A stretch of 64,000 bases of DNA from an uncultured Bacteroidota bacterium (lineage in GTDB: Bacteria; Bacteroidota; Bacteroidia; Bacteroidales; UBA12481): contig CAINOB010000020.1 in assembly GCA_903851365.1 (NCBI GenBank), positions 106,986 through 170,985 on the forward strand, written 5' to 3'. The position numbers were made by a program, and so were the translations under genes. This document shows, in pieces, positions 1 to 8,842 of this stretch. Under the pieces are notes generated by a model that searched no databases, was not told where the DNA came from, and saw only the letters and a list, made by a program, of their open reading frames with translations. Within the stretch, counting starts at the first letter, position 1; every line of letters begins with the position of its first letter.

Positions 1-2
1 AC

Positions 3-647
3 GGCAAGACCAGCATATTCCAGTTTCCATATTTTGTAATGGGCATAATCACTTTATTCCTCTATGCAGGATGCGAAGTAATTGCTGGTGATACTGTCGC
101 ACTTTACGCAATGTCCACCGGTATTGCCACAAACAAAGCTATTGTTTTTACTTCCTATACGCTTTTCTCCATGGTTGTTGGATATCTGATTGGAATTGCT
201 CTTATACCGAAAACTATTTCACAGTCCAGAGCACTCGGTATATCAGCCGTCATCGGATTCCTGTTGGCCATGACAGCAATCATGATTAAAGGAACCGCTT
301 CAGTCTATTTCATTTCCTTATTAGGTTTTGCCAATGCCATCATGTGGCCGGCAATCTGGCCTCTCGCATTGGGTGGGTTAGGCAAATTCACTAAGATAGC
401 TTCGGCCTTACTTGTCATGTGTATCGCAGGATGCGCTGTATTACCATTATTATATGGCAAGATAGCTGACTTATTGGGACCGGGAACCGTTGAAAATTTC
501 CAACAATTATCAGCCGAAGCACAGCGACATCTTGTTTTCAGTGGACGCCATACGGCTTACTGGATTGTGGTTCCCTGTTACATTTGGATTGCATTCTATG
601 CCTTCAAAGGTCATAAAGTTGGCCGGCCGGCAGAAGTTGGTGATTAA
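3..647 (+). CDS. MFS sugar:H+ symporter, C-terminal portion (FucP/GluP glucose-galactose-fucose permease family); the 5' end lies outside the window
   Basis: The frame is open from nt 3 to TAA at 645-647. The product is a run of hydrophobic helices with FucP-type segments (FLYAGCEVIAGDT, WPAIWPLALGGLGKFTK, LLYGKIADLLG). Confidence 0.7.
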   Translation, partial: GKTSIFQFPYFVMGIITLFLYAGCEVIAGDTVALYAMSTGIATNKAIVFTSYTLFSMVVGYLIGIALIPKTISQSRALGISAVIGFLLAMTAIMIKGTASVYFISLLGFANAIMWPAIWPLALGGLGKFTKIASALLVMCIAGCAVLPLLYGKIADLLGPGTVENFQQLSAEAQRHLVFSGRHTAYWIVVPCYIWIAFYAFKGHKVGRPAEVGD

Positions 648-657
648 GGAGACAGAA

Positions 658-2394
658 TTAAATTTTATAAGGGATGGCGAAATAGAATTCAGTTCCCTTA
701 TTAACTTCAGATTTAAACCACATCCGGCCACCCATCAGTTCGGTATAAGCTTTGGATATCGGTAATCCCAAGCCGGCACCACCATATGGTTTGGAAAGTG
801 AGTCGTCGACCTGTTGAAATCTGGCAAAGATCGCATCAAATTTAGCAGCGGGTATTCCGATTCCCGTATCCTTAACATAGAATTCAATATTGGAATTCTG
901 CCTTACGTAACCGAATTCAATCCTGCCAGTTTTCGTAAACTTTATCGAATTTTTAAGCAGGTTCATAATAATCTGATGAAGTTTTATTTTATCAGAAATG
1001 ATATGGGAATAAGAATCTTCCATGGAACAGCCTAAAGTCACGGTTAGGTTGGCGGGATCCACCAGCGGCTTAATTTGTCCATAGATTTCGTGCATTAAAA
1101 TATTAAGGCTGAACTTTTCCTCCTTAACAACCGCGGTTCCTGATTCCACCGTTGAAAGATTAATAAGGTCAGTAATAACTCCCATTAACCGATAACTGCT
1201 CTCGACGATAATTTCAGTGAATTCAGCCCTCTCCTTTTCAACAATTCTTGGATCCTTGATCAAATCTGAAAAACCGACAATAGCATTTATCGGAGTTCTG
1301 ATCTCATGAGAAATATTATTAAGGAATGAGGTTTTTAACCGATCGCTTTCCTCTGCTTTGTCCTTGGCAATGATTAATTCAATTTCCATTTTCTTTCGTT
1401 CATCGATCTCGTTGATGAGTGTCTTTTTCTGCAGAAGAAATTCATTGATTAATTGTGCAATTCGACCAAATTCTGTTTTTTGATTTACTAATTCACTGAT
1501 TTGTTCAGTGTCCTCATCCTTCAGGCTGCTGACAAGAACTTTCAATGGACGATTTATAATTCCAATCAGAGCCCATGAAACAACAGAAAGAATTAATATT
1601 AAGATAATTGCCAGGATACTAAGACGTAAGCGAGCATCCTCGTGAAAAACCTTGGCGATTTCCACAATCCCGGTTGATGCAATAATTGCAATTGGCTTAT
1701 GGTCAAAGGCAAAAAGAGGTTTATAATTAATATATCTGAATTCTTTAGGAATAATTGAATCCTTATGATTAGCGTTGTTTTCAGGAGTAAGCAGATTTAG
1801 TTCAGTTCTGGAAATGGCACCAATTTTTTTCAAGTAATCATGGGTCCAGATTCTACCGACAAACAGGTATCCGAAGGGTGGAGATTGTCTTTTTTGGTCT
1901 ATGGTTGGATGAATGGATCCCTCACTGATTTCAATCAAATCCGAACCACTTTTTATAAAGAAGGAAGTCAATGGTTTCCCGGAAACAATTGACCTCATTT
2001 GAGTCTCTGACATTGGCAAAGTTACCAGTGCTCTTATCGAATCAATATGAGTAGAATAGATCAATGAAAGGTCCGGTCGGTATACCCAGGCATAATCTAT
2101 TTTGAACGTAGGGATTGAACTTACGATATTTTCATTGGCCCAAACAGTATCTCCAGTCTGGGCAAACTTCAACATATCGTCCCAGTAAGTATAGTCAAAA
2201 ACAAAATTATCAATGCTTTCCGAACGAAACTGGACTGCAGTATTTAATAAATCAGCACGCTGCTCCTTCTGTTTCTCGAGCAAAGATATTACCCTTTGCC
2301 AATCCAAGTGTCCACTAATAATCAGGCCCCCGACCATACAAATACCGATGGCCAGCAATAAAATAATAATCCGTTTTTGTATGCTTAAAATCAT
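658..2394 (-). CDS. Sensor histidine kinase (TM, CHASE4-like periplasmic domain, TM, coiled coil, HisKA, HATPase_c); no receiver domain and no adjacent response regulator
   Basis: H-box SFLNNISHEIRTPINAIVGFSDL. ATPase boxes KNSIKFT, VKDTGIGI, GGAGLGL. The periplasmic segment YTYWDDMLKF is CHASE4-like. ATG at 2394 forms an ATGA overlap with the stop of the upstream ORF. The longest ORF runs to 2421. Confidence 0.85.
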   Translation of the reverse strand: MILSIQKRIIILLLAIGICMVGGLIISGHLDWQRVISLLEKQKEQRADLLNTAVQFRSESIDNFVFDYTYWDDMLKFAQTGDTVWANENIVSSIPTFKIDYAWVYRPDLSLIYSTHIDSIRALVTLPMSETQMRSIVSGKPLTSFFIKSGSDLIEISEGSIHPTIDQKRQSPPFGYLFVGRIWTHDYLKKIGAISRTELNLLTPENNANHKDSIIPKEFRYINYKPLFAFDHKPIAIIASTGIVEIAKVFHEDARLRLSILAIILILILSVVSWALIGIINRPLKVLVSSLKDEDTEQISELVNQKTEFGRIAQLINEFLLQKKTLINEIDERKKMEIELIIAKDKAEESDRLKTSFLNNISHEIRTPINAIVGFSDLIKDPRIVEKERAEFTEIIVESSYRLMGVITDLINLSTVESGTAVVKEEKFSLNILMHEIYGQIKPLVDPANLTVTLGCSMEDSYSHIISDKIKLHQIIMNLLKNSIKFTKTGRIEFGYVRQNSNIEFYVKDTGIGIPAAKFDAIFARFQQVDDSLSKPYGGAGLGLPISKAYTELMGGRMWFKSEVNKGTEFYFAIPYKI

Positions 2395-3194
2395 AATTGG
2401 AAACCTATGAGTAATCCACAAAACCAGGGATAATTACCCAGGTAGGATGCAATTTCATGGTTTATTGTTTTACTTACCTGAACGTGAGGTTTAAAATAAA
2501 TAATTCCTTTCGTTTTATAGGTCAATTCGCAATTTAAACTTATCAGATTAAGAGATTTTTTTGAAGTTCCGATATAAGATTCATTGAATTTCCCGTTTCC
2601 CCAGCCTAATACTGCGGATGTATTGACGGAAAACTGCTTGCCAATCTCTTTCTCATATTGAAACCCATGTTCAAAATAGAGAGAACCAAAATAGGAAATA
2701 AAATCTGCGGACACATTGGAGGTGATAGCAAAATCACCTATCGGATAGGTAACACCAAGAAAAAATTCGCCAGTTGTTGGAGAATCCTCCATACCCAGAT
2801 AATAATAAATCATAACTGAATGTTCGAATTGGAAATTACCAAGGGACCAGGTATAGTCCAGATTTAAATCCAATTCATGCTCCCTCGTCAGGTGATGACG
2901 GTCGTACAGCGTAACACTGCTCCATAAGCCGGCTGTAAAATTCCTATATGAAGCCCATAAAAAAGGCTGAATAACCAACCCATCATTCACCGTAGTACCA
3001 CGCCATATATATTTCGAGTTAAAATCTGTTTCCAGGCCCCAGGTAATTGATTTTGCTGCACCCTCCTCAGCTGTTTTGACAGTTTCCTGGCACATTACAG
3101 ACGGACTGAAAATTATAAAACTCACAATCAGGCTGATAAATCTTAGGACATCCTTGATAAATCGACTAGAAAGCATCATAAATTCAAACTTCAT
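2391..3194 (-). CDS. Putative outer-membrane beta-barrel protein (TorF/Gcw_chp-like porin family)
   Basis: Signal peptide ending SPSVMCQE. Alternating beta-strand pattern with aromatic girdle residues. Segment SKYIWRGTTVNDGLVIQPFLWASYRNFTAGLWSS resembles the TorF-family pattern S.Y.WRG...Q....G.W.S. The C-terminal residue region ends in F-Q-L. Confidence 0.5.
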   Translation of the reverse strand: MKFEFMMLSSRFIKDVLRFISLIVSFIIFSPSVMCQETVKTAEEGAAKSITWGLETDFNSKYIWRGTTVNDGLVIQPFLWASYRNFTAGLWSSVTLYDRHHLTREHELDLNLDYTWSLGNFQFEHSVMIYYYLGMEDSPTTGEFFLGVTYPIGDFAITSNVSADFISYFGSLYFEHGFQYEKEIGKQFSVNTSAVLGWGNGKFNESYIGTSKKSLNLISLNCELTYKTKGIIYFKPHVQVSKTINHEIASYLGNYPWFCGLLIGFQL

Positions 3195-3284
3195 GTGTAT
3201 TGGGAATGTTAAAGTTAAAAAAATCGATTGAGTAGATGCACCTTATAATTACCGATTATTCGCTTTATGAATCAGATAAACCGC

Positions 3285-3292
3285 TAATTTTG
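3285..3292 (+). promoter_or_regulatory. TAATTTTG, match to the Bacteroidota sigma-A -7 box (TAnnTTTG). It lies only 4 nt before ATG 3297, so it would imply a leaderless or near-leaderless mRNA.
   Basis: Exact motif match read from the sequence. The spacing to the start codon is unusually short. Confidence 0.25.
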
Positions 3293-3296
3293 GTAC

Positions 3297-4196
3297 ATGA
3301 CAAAACAACCGCAATTCTTCGATCAATCTTCATCGCTTAACTTACCGGGATTAGCGGGTAAAGTTTGCGTTATAACAGGCGGAGCAGGAATAATAGGGCA
3401 AGCCCTTTGTCGGGGACTTGTCGCTAATCAAATCAGAACAGCCATTCTGGATATTAATCCGGAGTCAGCCAGCCGGTTGGCTCAGAAACTTGAATCCGAA
3501 ACCGGGGTTAGATGTATTGGGGTGGAGGCGGATGTTCTAAGCCGCGATTCTCTGGAGCAGGCAAAAAAAATCATTGAAACAAAACTCGGACAAGTGGACT
3601 TTCTGATAAATGGCGCCGGGGGAAATTCACCCAAGGCAACTACACATCATGAAAGCTACAGTCGGGATCAAGCAGGTGATTTGGCGGACATAAAGATAGA
3701 AAGGGGTACTTTCTTTGATCTGGATCAAGCAGGGTTTAGATTTGTCTTTGATCTTAATTTCATGGGCACGCTTTTACCCAGTCAGGTTTTTGGGGAAGAA
3801 ATGGCGAGAAGGGGAAATGGCAGTATAATAAATATCAGCTCAATGAACTCCTTTCGTCCACTTACGAAGATTCCAGCTTATTCAGCCGCAAAAGCTTCCA
3901 TCAATAATTTCACCCAATGGCTTTCCGTTCATCTTGCTCCAGTAGGAGTTCGTGTTAATGCTATTGCACCGGGTTTCTTTCTGACTGATCAGAACCGCTT
4001 CCTGTTGACCGATAAGGAGAATGGGGAGCCCACCTTACGGGGAAAGAAAATAATAAACAATACACCGATGGGCAGATATGGTGAACCTGAAAATCTGCAG
4101 GGCGCCGTACTCTTTCTACTTTCCGACCTCTCATCTTTTATAACAGGAGTTATACTGCCCATCGACGGTGGATACTCTGCTTACGGAGGAGTTTAA
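3297..4196 (+). CDS. SDR-family oxidoreductase, UxuB-like (putative D-mannonate/fructuronate oxidoreductase)
   Basis: Rossmann motif ITGGAGIIGQA. Catalytic S...YSAAK triad. Insertion FFDLDQAGFRFVFDLNFMGTLLP as I recall it from Bacteroides-type UxuB SDRs. First gene of an operon that also carries uxaC and uxaE. Confidence 0.6.
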   Translation: MTKQPQFFDQSSSLNLPGLAGKVCVITGGAGIIGQALCRGLVANQIRTAILDINPESASRLAQKLESETGVRCIGVEADVLSRDSLEQAKKIIETKLGQVDFLINGAGGNSPKATTHHESYSRDQAGDLADIKIERGTFFDLDQAGFRFVFDLNFMGTLLPSQVFGEEMARRGNGSIINISSMNSFRPLTKIPAYSAAKASINNFTQWLSVHLAPVGVRVNAIAPGFFLTDQNRFLLTDKENGEPTLRGKKIINNTPMGRYGEPENLQGAVLFLLSDLSSFITGVILPIDGGYSAYGGV

Positions 4197-5506
4197 TGAA
4201 AAATATTATTATCGCACAATCCGGAGGTCCTTCTTCCGTAATAAACAACACACTTAGAGGCATCATTGATACCTGCAGATATTTCCCCGATAAATTCGGA
4301 ACAATTTATGGCGGATGGCATGGAATAGAAGGTGTGTTGAAGGAGGAATTAATAAACCTCTCGGCCCAGCCGGAACAAGAGGTTGCCCTCCTTAGGAATA
4401 CCCCGGCAGCCGGAAGTATCGGAACCTGCCGGTACAAGCTAAAAGACCGCCAGCAAAAGGATTTCCAACGAATAATGGAGGTTTTTAAAGCTCACAATAT
4501 TGGATATTTCTTCTATATCGGTGGAAATGACTCACAGCACACCGCCTTTAAAGTCAGTGAGATGGCAAGAACAAGTGGGCTTGATCTTATCGCGGTCGGT
4601 GTACCAAAGACTATCGACAATGATGTCGGTGACAGTGACTTTCAGCTGATCGACCATACACCCGGATATGGAAGTGTAGCTCGATACTGGGCTTATGCAA
4701 TCCAATCGGCCAACGAAGAAAATAGCGGATCAGCACCTGCCGACCCAGTGCTGGTTTTGCAAGCTATGGGGCGAAAAATTGGCTATATTCCTGCAGCTGC
4801 CCGATTAGCCGATCCACATCGCGAGATGCCCCTGCAGATTTACATGGCAGAATCCGGAGTCAGTGCCCGGGAAATGGCCGACAAAGTAAATGACCAGTTA
4901 AAAAAAGATGGTCGGTGCATCGTGGTGGTGAGTGAAGGGTTTGAATTGAAAAATGAAGGAAAAGAGGATGGAATAATTGCTGACAGTGTTCAGCATGTAA
5001 AAGATTCGTTTGGTCATATCATTTATGGAGCCACGAAAACCGCCGCATACCAGCAAGTTGTCAACTATCTTAATGACGTAGGCCTTAAAGCCCGCGGATC
5101 AGCGCGAGGACAAGTTCCTGGAACTGACCAGCGGCATGCCATGGCTTTTGCTTCCACCGTCGATTTGGATGAAGCTTATAAAGTTGGGCAGAAAGCTGTG
5201 GATATTGCTCTTAACGAAGGAAATGGATGGATGGCAACTATTCTGAGGGATCCCGGCCCGATATATCATGTTCGTTATGATAAAGTGGCTCTCGAAAAGG
5301 TCGCCCTTTCAGAACGGAGTTTTCCCGATAAATGGATCGCCCCGGGCAGGGTGGACGTAACTGATGATTTTATCAGTTATGCCACACCTCTGATCGGTTT
5401 AGACTGGCCATCAATACCTCTGGTTAATGGGCTTCAGAGATTTACCAGATTCAACCTCATATTTGCACAAAAAAAACTGGACAATTATAAACTCGAAGCG
5501 GAATGA
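4196..5506 (+). CDS. Phosphofructokinase-family (PFK/PfpB-like) sugar kinase with PPi-type signature residues
   Basis: PFK motifs SGGPSSVINN, GSIGTCRY, IGGNDSQ, PKTIDNDV, QAMGRKIGY, VVSEG, GTDQRHA. The start overlaps the SDR stop (TAATG). Confidence 0.75.
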   Translation: MKNIIIAQSGGPSSVINNTLRGIIDTCRYFPDKFGTIYGGWHGIEGVLKEELINLSAQPEQEVALLRNTPAAGSIGTCRYKLKDRQQKDFQRIMEVFKAHNIGYFFYIGGNDSQHTAFKVSEMARTSGLDLIAVGVPKTIDNDVGDSDFQLIDHTPGYGSVARYWAYAIQSANEENSGSAPADPVLVLQAMGRKIGYIPAAARLADPHREMPLQIYMAESGVSAREMADKVNDQLKKDGRCIVVVSEGFELKNEGKEDGIIADSVQHVKDSFGHIIYGATKTAAYQQVVNYLNDVGLKARGSARGQVPGTDQRHAMAFASTVDLDEAYKVGQKAVDIALNEGNGWMATILRDPGPIYHVRYDKVALEKVALSERSFPDKWIAPGRVDVTDDFISYATPLIGLDWPSIPLVNGLQRFTRFNLIFAQKKLDNYKLEAE

Positions 5507-6393
5507 ATGCTATGACCAATCACGATATTTTGTCAAATCTCAGGCCCGACAAGGACTTTTTCATTGGCATTGATTCCGATGGCTGTGCTTTTGATACGAT
5601 GGAAATCAAACAAAAAGAGTGTTTTTGTCCGAACTTCATAAAATTCTGGGGTTTTCAACCGGTGGCAACTGCTGCCAGGCAAACCTGGGAATTTGTTAAC
5701 CTGTATTCATCGCATCGCGGCACCAATAGATTCCTTGCCGTGATTGAAACTTTCCGGTTACTGAGTGAACGAAAAGAGGTCAGGGCCAGGAATTTTAAAA
5801 TGCCGGAAATTACTGCCCTGAAGGAATGGGTAAGAAATGAAACACGATTGGGCAACCCCGTTTTAGCTGAATATGCGGCAATAGTAAAGGACCCTGAAAT
5901 TGACCGCGCATTGGCCTGGTCGAAAAAAGTAAATGAGGATATCAGCCAAATGATCTTCGGCATTCCGCCATTTCCTATGGTCAGGGAAAGTTTGGCCCGC
6001 CTCAAGGATTCGGCTGATATGATTGTTGTTTCGCAAACTCCGGTTGAAGCGCTAAAACGCGAATGGGAAGAACATGATATTGACAAGTATACCAAGCTGA
6101 TCGCGGGTCAGGAATTCGGCACAAAATCCGAACATTTGAAATTCGCTGCGAAAGGAAAATATCCCGATTCACATATCCTGATGATCGGGGATGCTCCGGG
6201 TGACCTGAAAGCCGCACGCAATAATGGTGTTTTGTTCTACCCCATCAATCCTGGCACCGAGGATATTTCGTGGGAGCGATTTTATAAAGAAGGTATCGAC
6301 AAATTTCTGACAGGACAATTTATCGGATCCTATCAGGATAAATTGATTGCTGATTTCGATAAATTATTGCCTGTAACACCTTACTGGGCATAA
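5503..6393 (+). CDS. HAD-superfamily hydrolase (putative sugar-phosphate/acid-sugar phosphatase)
   Basis: HAD motif I IGIDSDGCAFDT (DxDG), motif III K, motif IV MIGDAPGDLKAA. ATGA overlap with the PFK-like gene. Confidence 0.7.
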   Translation: MNAMTNHDILSNLRPDKDFFIGIDSDGCAFDTMEIKQKECFCPNFIKFWGFQPVATAARQTWEFVNLYSSHRGTNRFLAVIETFRLLSERKEVRARNFKMPEITALKEWVRNETRLGNPVLAEYAAIVKDPEIDRALAWSKKVNEDISQMIFGIPPFPMVRESLARLKDSADMIVVSQTPVEALKREWEEHDIDKYTKLIAGQEFGTKSEHLKFAAKGKYPDSHILMIGDAPGDLKAARNNGVLFYPINPGTEDISWERFYKEGIDKFLTGQFIGSYQDKLIADFDKLLPVTPYWA

Positions 6394-6396
6394 ATA

Positions 6397-7665
6397 ATGA
6401 TTCTATTTTCCAATGGATCGGAGCATCACGACCTTACCGACAGCGATTTAAAGGAAGGTTTGTACGCAGCGCTCAGCAAAATTGGGAGCCGTAAGAGAAT
6501 ATTGCTCATTCCCCCTGATATCACCCGAATCCATTCGAGAGCTGGTGAATTAACCGCAATGGCCTGGAATTATTATGGGGATAAGGTTTCGGATATATTA
6601 CCGGCACTCGGGACGCACAAACCCATGAATTCGGGTGAATTGGATCGAATGTTTCCCGGCCTTCCCCACAGCCTTTTCAGGGTGCACGATTGGCGAAATG
6701 ATATTACCAGGTTAGGTGAAGTTCCTTCGGATTTCATTTCAAAAGTCTCCGATGGAGCATTAAATTATATAGTGCCGGTTGAACTAAACACACTGATTTG
6801 CAATGGGAAACACGACTTGATCCTATCATTGGGCCAGGTTGTGCCACATGAGGTTATCGGCATGGCTAACTACAATAAAAACCTTCTCATCGGTTGCGGA
6901 GGTCCTGAAAGCATCAATAAGAGTCATTTTCTTGGAGCTGTTTTTGGGATGGAACGTATGATGGGCATTGCCGACACTCCGGTACGCCAGGTTCTTAATT
7001 ATGCTTCCGATCATTTTCTGACTCATCTGCCTGTGGTTTATGTGCTGACTGTACTCGAGCAGGTTTCATCGAGCGAAAATCAGAAAGAAATGGCTACACG
7101 CGGCTTGTTTATCGGCACCTCAGAAGATGTGTTTCTGGCTGCGGCAGCGTTATCTGCAAAAGTCAACAATACTAAACTTGATAAGCCACTAGAAAAAGTG
7201 GTAGTTCACCTTGATCCTGAGGAATATCGGAGCACATGGTTGGGAAACAAGTCGATTTACCGCACTCGAATGGCTATTGCAAATGGTGGTGAACTGATTG
7301 TTCTCGCCCCTGGGGTGAAGGAGTTTGGGGAAGATCCGGAAATCGACAGGCTAATCAGGAAATACGGATACCATGGCACACCGGCTACCCTCGATGCCGT
7401 TAAAAACAACAGTGATCTGAACAATAACCTTAGTGCTGCTGCTCATTTGATTCATGGCAGTAGCGAAGGAAGGTTCAGAATTACTTATTGTCCCGGTCAC
7501 CTTTCGAAGGAAGAAATTGAAAATGTGGGATATGAGTTTGGTGATCTCCAATCGATGGAAAATCGTTTTATTTACGAGAATCTTCACGATGGGTACAATC
7601 ATAATTCCGCAGGTGAAGAGTTTTACTATATATCTAATCCGGCCACCGGATTATGGCAAACATGA
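6397..7665 (+). CDS. LarA-like (DUF2088, nickel-pincer-nucleotide-dependent alpha-hydroxy-acid racemase/epimerase family) protein
   Basis: PPDITRI (LarA SDHTRP), ALGTHKP (LarA ATGFHRP), and VVPH-x9-K-x15-H (H151, K161, H177). This reproduces the LarA H174/K184/H200 spacing without gaps. Confidence 0.7.
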   Translation: MILFSNGSEHHDLTDSDLKEGLYAALSKIGSRKRILLIPPDITRIHSRAGELTAMAWNYYGDKVSDILPALGTHKPMNSGELDRMFPGLPHSLFRVHDWRNDITRLGEVPSDFISKVSDGALNYIVPVELNTLICNGKHDLILSLGQVVPHEVIGMANYNKNLLIGCGGPESINKSHFLGAVFGMERMMGIADTPVRQVLNYASDHFLTHLPVVYVLTVLEQVSSSENQKEMATRGLFIGTSEDVFLAAAALSAKVNNTKLDKPLEKVVVHLDPEEYRSTWLGNKSIYRTRMAIANGGELIVLAPGVKEFGEDPEIDRLIRKYGYHGTPATLDAVKNNSDLNNNLSAAAHLIHGSSEGRFRITYCPGHLSKEEIENVGYEFGDLQSMENRFIYENLHDGYNHNSAGEEFYYISNPATGLWQT

Positions 7666-8819
7666 AATTTATTATCGACGATAAGATTCCTTTTATCAGA
7701 GGGGTTTTTGAACCTTTTGGTGATGTGGTCTATCTTCCAGGTGCAGCAATCGTGAAGAAAGATCTCCTCGATGCAGACTGCTTGCTGGTAAGAACAAGAA
7801 CCCATTGCGACCGGGATCTTCTTGAAGGAACACCGGTGAAATTCATCGCAACCGCCACTATCGGATTCGATCATATTGATACCGGATGGTGCGAGACCAA
7901 TGGAATAGCCTGGACAAATTCACCTGGTTGCAATTCGGGATCAGTGGCTCAATATATTACTGCGGCACTTCTTGAAATTGCCGACAGACTGGGGTTTGAT
8001 CTAAAGGATAAAACTATTGGAATTATAGGTGCCGGTAATGTTGGAAAAAAAGTAGAAAGAATTGCACGACTGTTAGGCATGACAGTTTTAGTCAACGATC
8101 CTCCCCGTGAAAGGGACGAAGGTCCGGAGCATTTCACCAGTCTGCCGGTCCTTCTGCAAAACTCAGATATAGTTACCTTGCATGTTCCGTTGAACCGCGA
8201 AGGAGAAGATAAAACATTTCATATGGTTGGCAGGCAATTTCTTAAAGATTTGAAACCCGGAGCCACCCTGATAAATTCTTCTCGCGGAGAAGTAGTTAAT
8301 GAGGCAGAAGTTGTGAGGGTTTTTAGGGAGTTCAGTCAGTTAGGTGAGTTAAAGAAGCCCGGTCTTTTGGTGATTGATGTTTGGGAGAATGAGCCAGAAA
8401 TAAACAGGGAATTATTAGACCTGGCGGCCATTGCTACTCCTCATATTGCAGGATATTCACAGGATGGTAAACACAATGCAACCCGAATGATCACGGATGC
8501 CACATGCAATTTCTTTGGTCTGACCGGAGATGCAGAAACGTTGAACATAGAACCATTAAGTTGCGAAAACCTTACATTGAAACCAACCTCAAGTCATCAG
8601 TCACTAATCACCTGTCACTCTATTGTGCGTGCCACTTACAATATCCTTGCCGATGATCTTCTCCTTCGGGAATCACCAGAAACTTTCGAAAAACAACGTA
8701 ATAATTATCCGATCCGACGGGAATTCAGCGCCTATACAATCGATCCGTTCCCGGAAGGGGAAATAGGACAGATCCTTAAAGGACTGAGATTTAAAAATGC
8801 AAATAACAAATTGATTTAA
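7662..8819 (+). CDS. pdxB: D-isomer-specific 2-hydroxyacid dehydrogenase, PdxB-like (4-phosphoerythronate dehydrogenase family)
   Basis: N-terminus MKFIIDDKIPFIRG. NAD fold GIIGAGNVGKKV. Catalytic SSRGEVV / ENEP / HIAGYS. C-terminal extension as in PdxB. ATG 7662 gives an ATGA overlap with the LarA-like stop. The ORF track starts at 7653. Confidence 0.6.
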   Translation: MKFIIDDKIPFIRGVFEPFGDVVYLPGAAIVKKDLLDADCLLVRTRTHCDRDLLEGTPVKFIATATIGFDHIDTGWCETNGIAWTNSPGCNSGSVAQYITAALLEIADRLGFDLKDKTIGIIGAGNVGKKVERIARLLGMTVLVNDPPRERDEGPEHFTSLPVLLQNSDIVTLHVPLNREGEDKTFHMVGRQFLKDLKPGATLINSSRGEVVNEAEVVRVFREFSQLGELKKPGLLVIDVWENEPEINRELLDLAAIATPHIAGYSQDGKHNATRMITDATCNFFGLTGDAETLNIEPLSCENLTLKPTSSHQSLITCHSIVRATYNILADDLLLRESPETFEKQRNNYPIRREFSAYTIDPFPEGEIGQILKGLRFKNANNKLI

Positions 8820-8842
8820 TATACTTTAATGCATCAGGCATT

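Noticed and set aside
7662-8819. Treating the PdxB-like gene as simply the housekeeping vitamin-B6 biosynthesis gene, unrelated to the operon.
   Set aside because: This is not fully rejected. However, the ATGA overlap with the LarA-like gene argues for co-translation with the sugar-acid genes. I therefore kept it as an operon member with an uncertain substrate.
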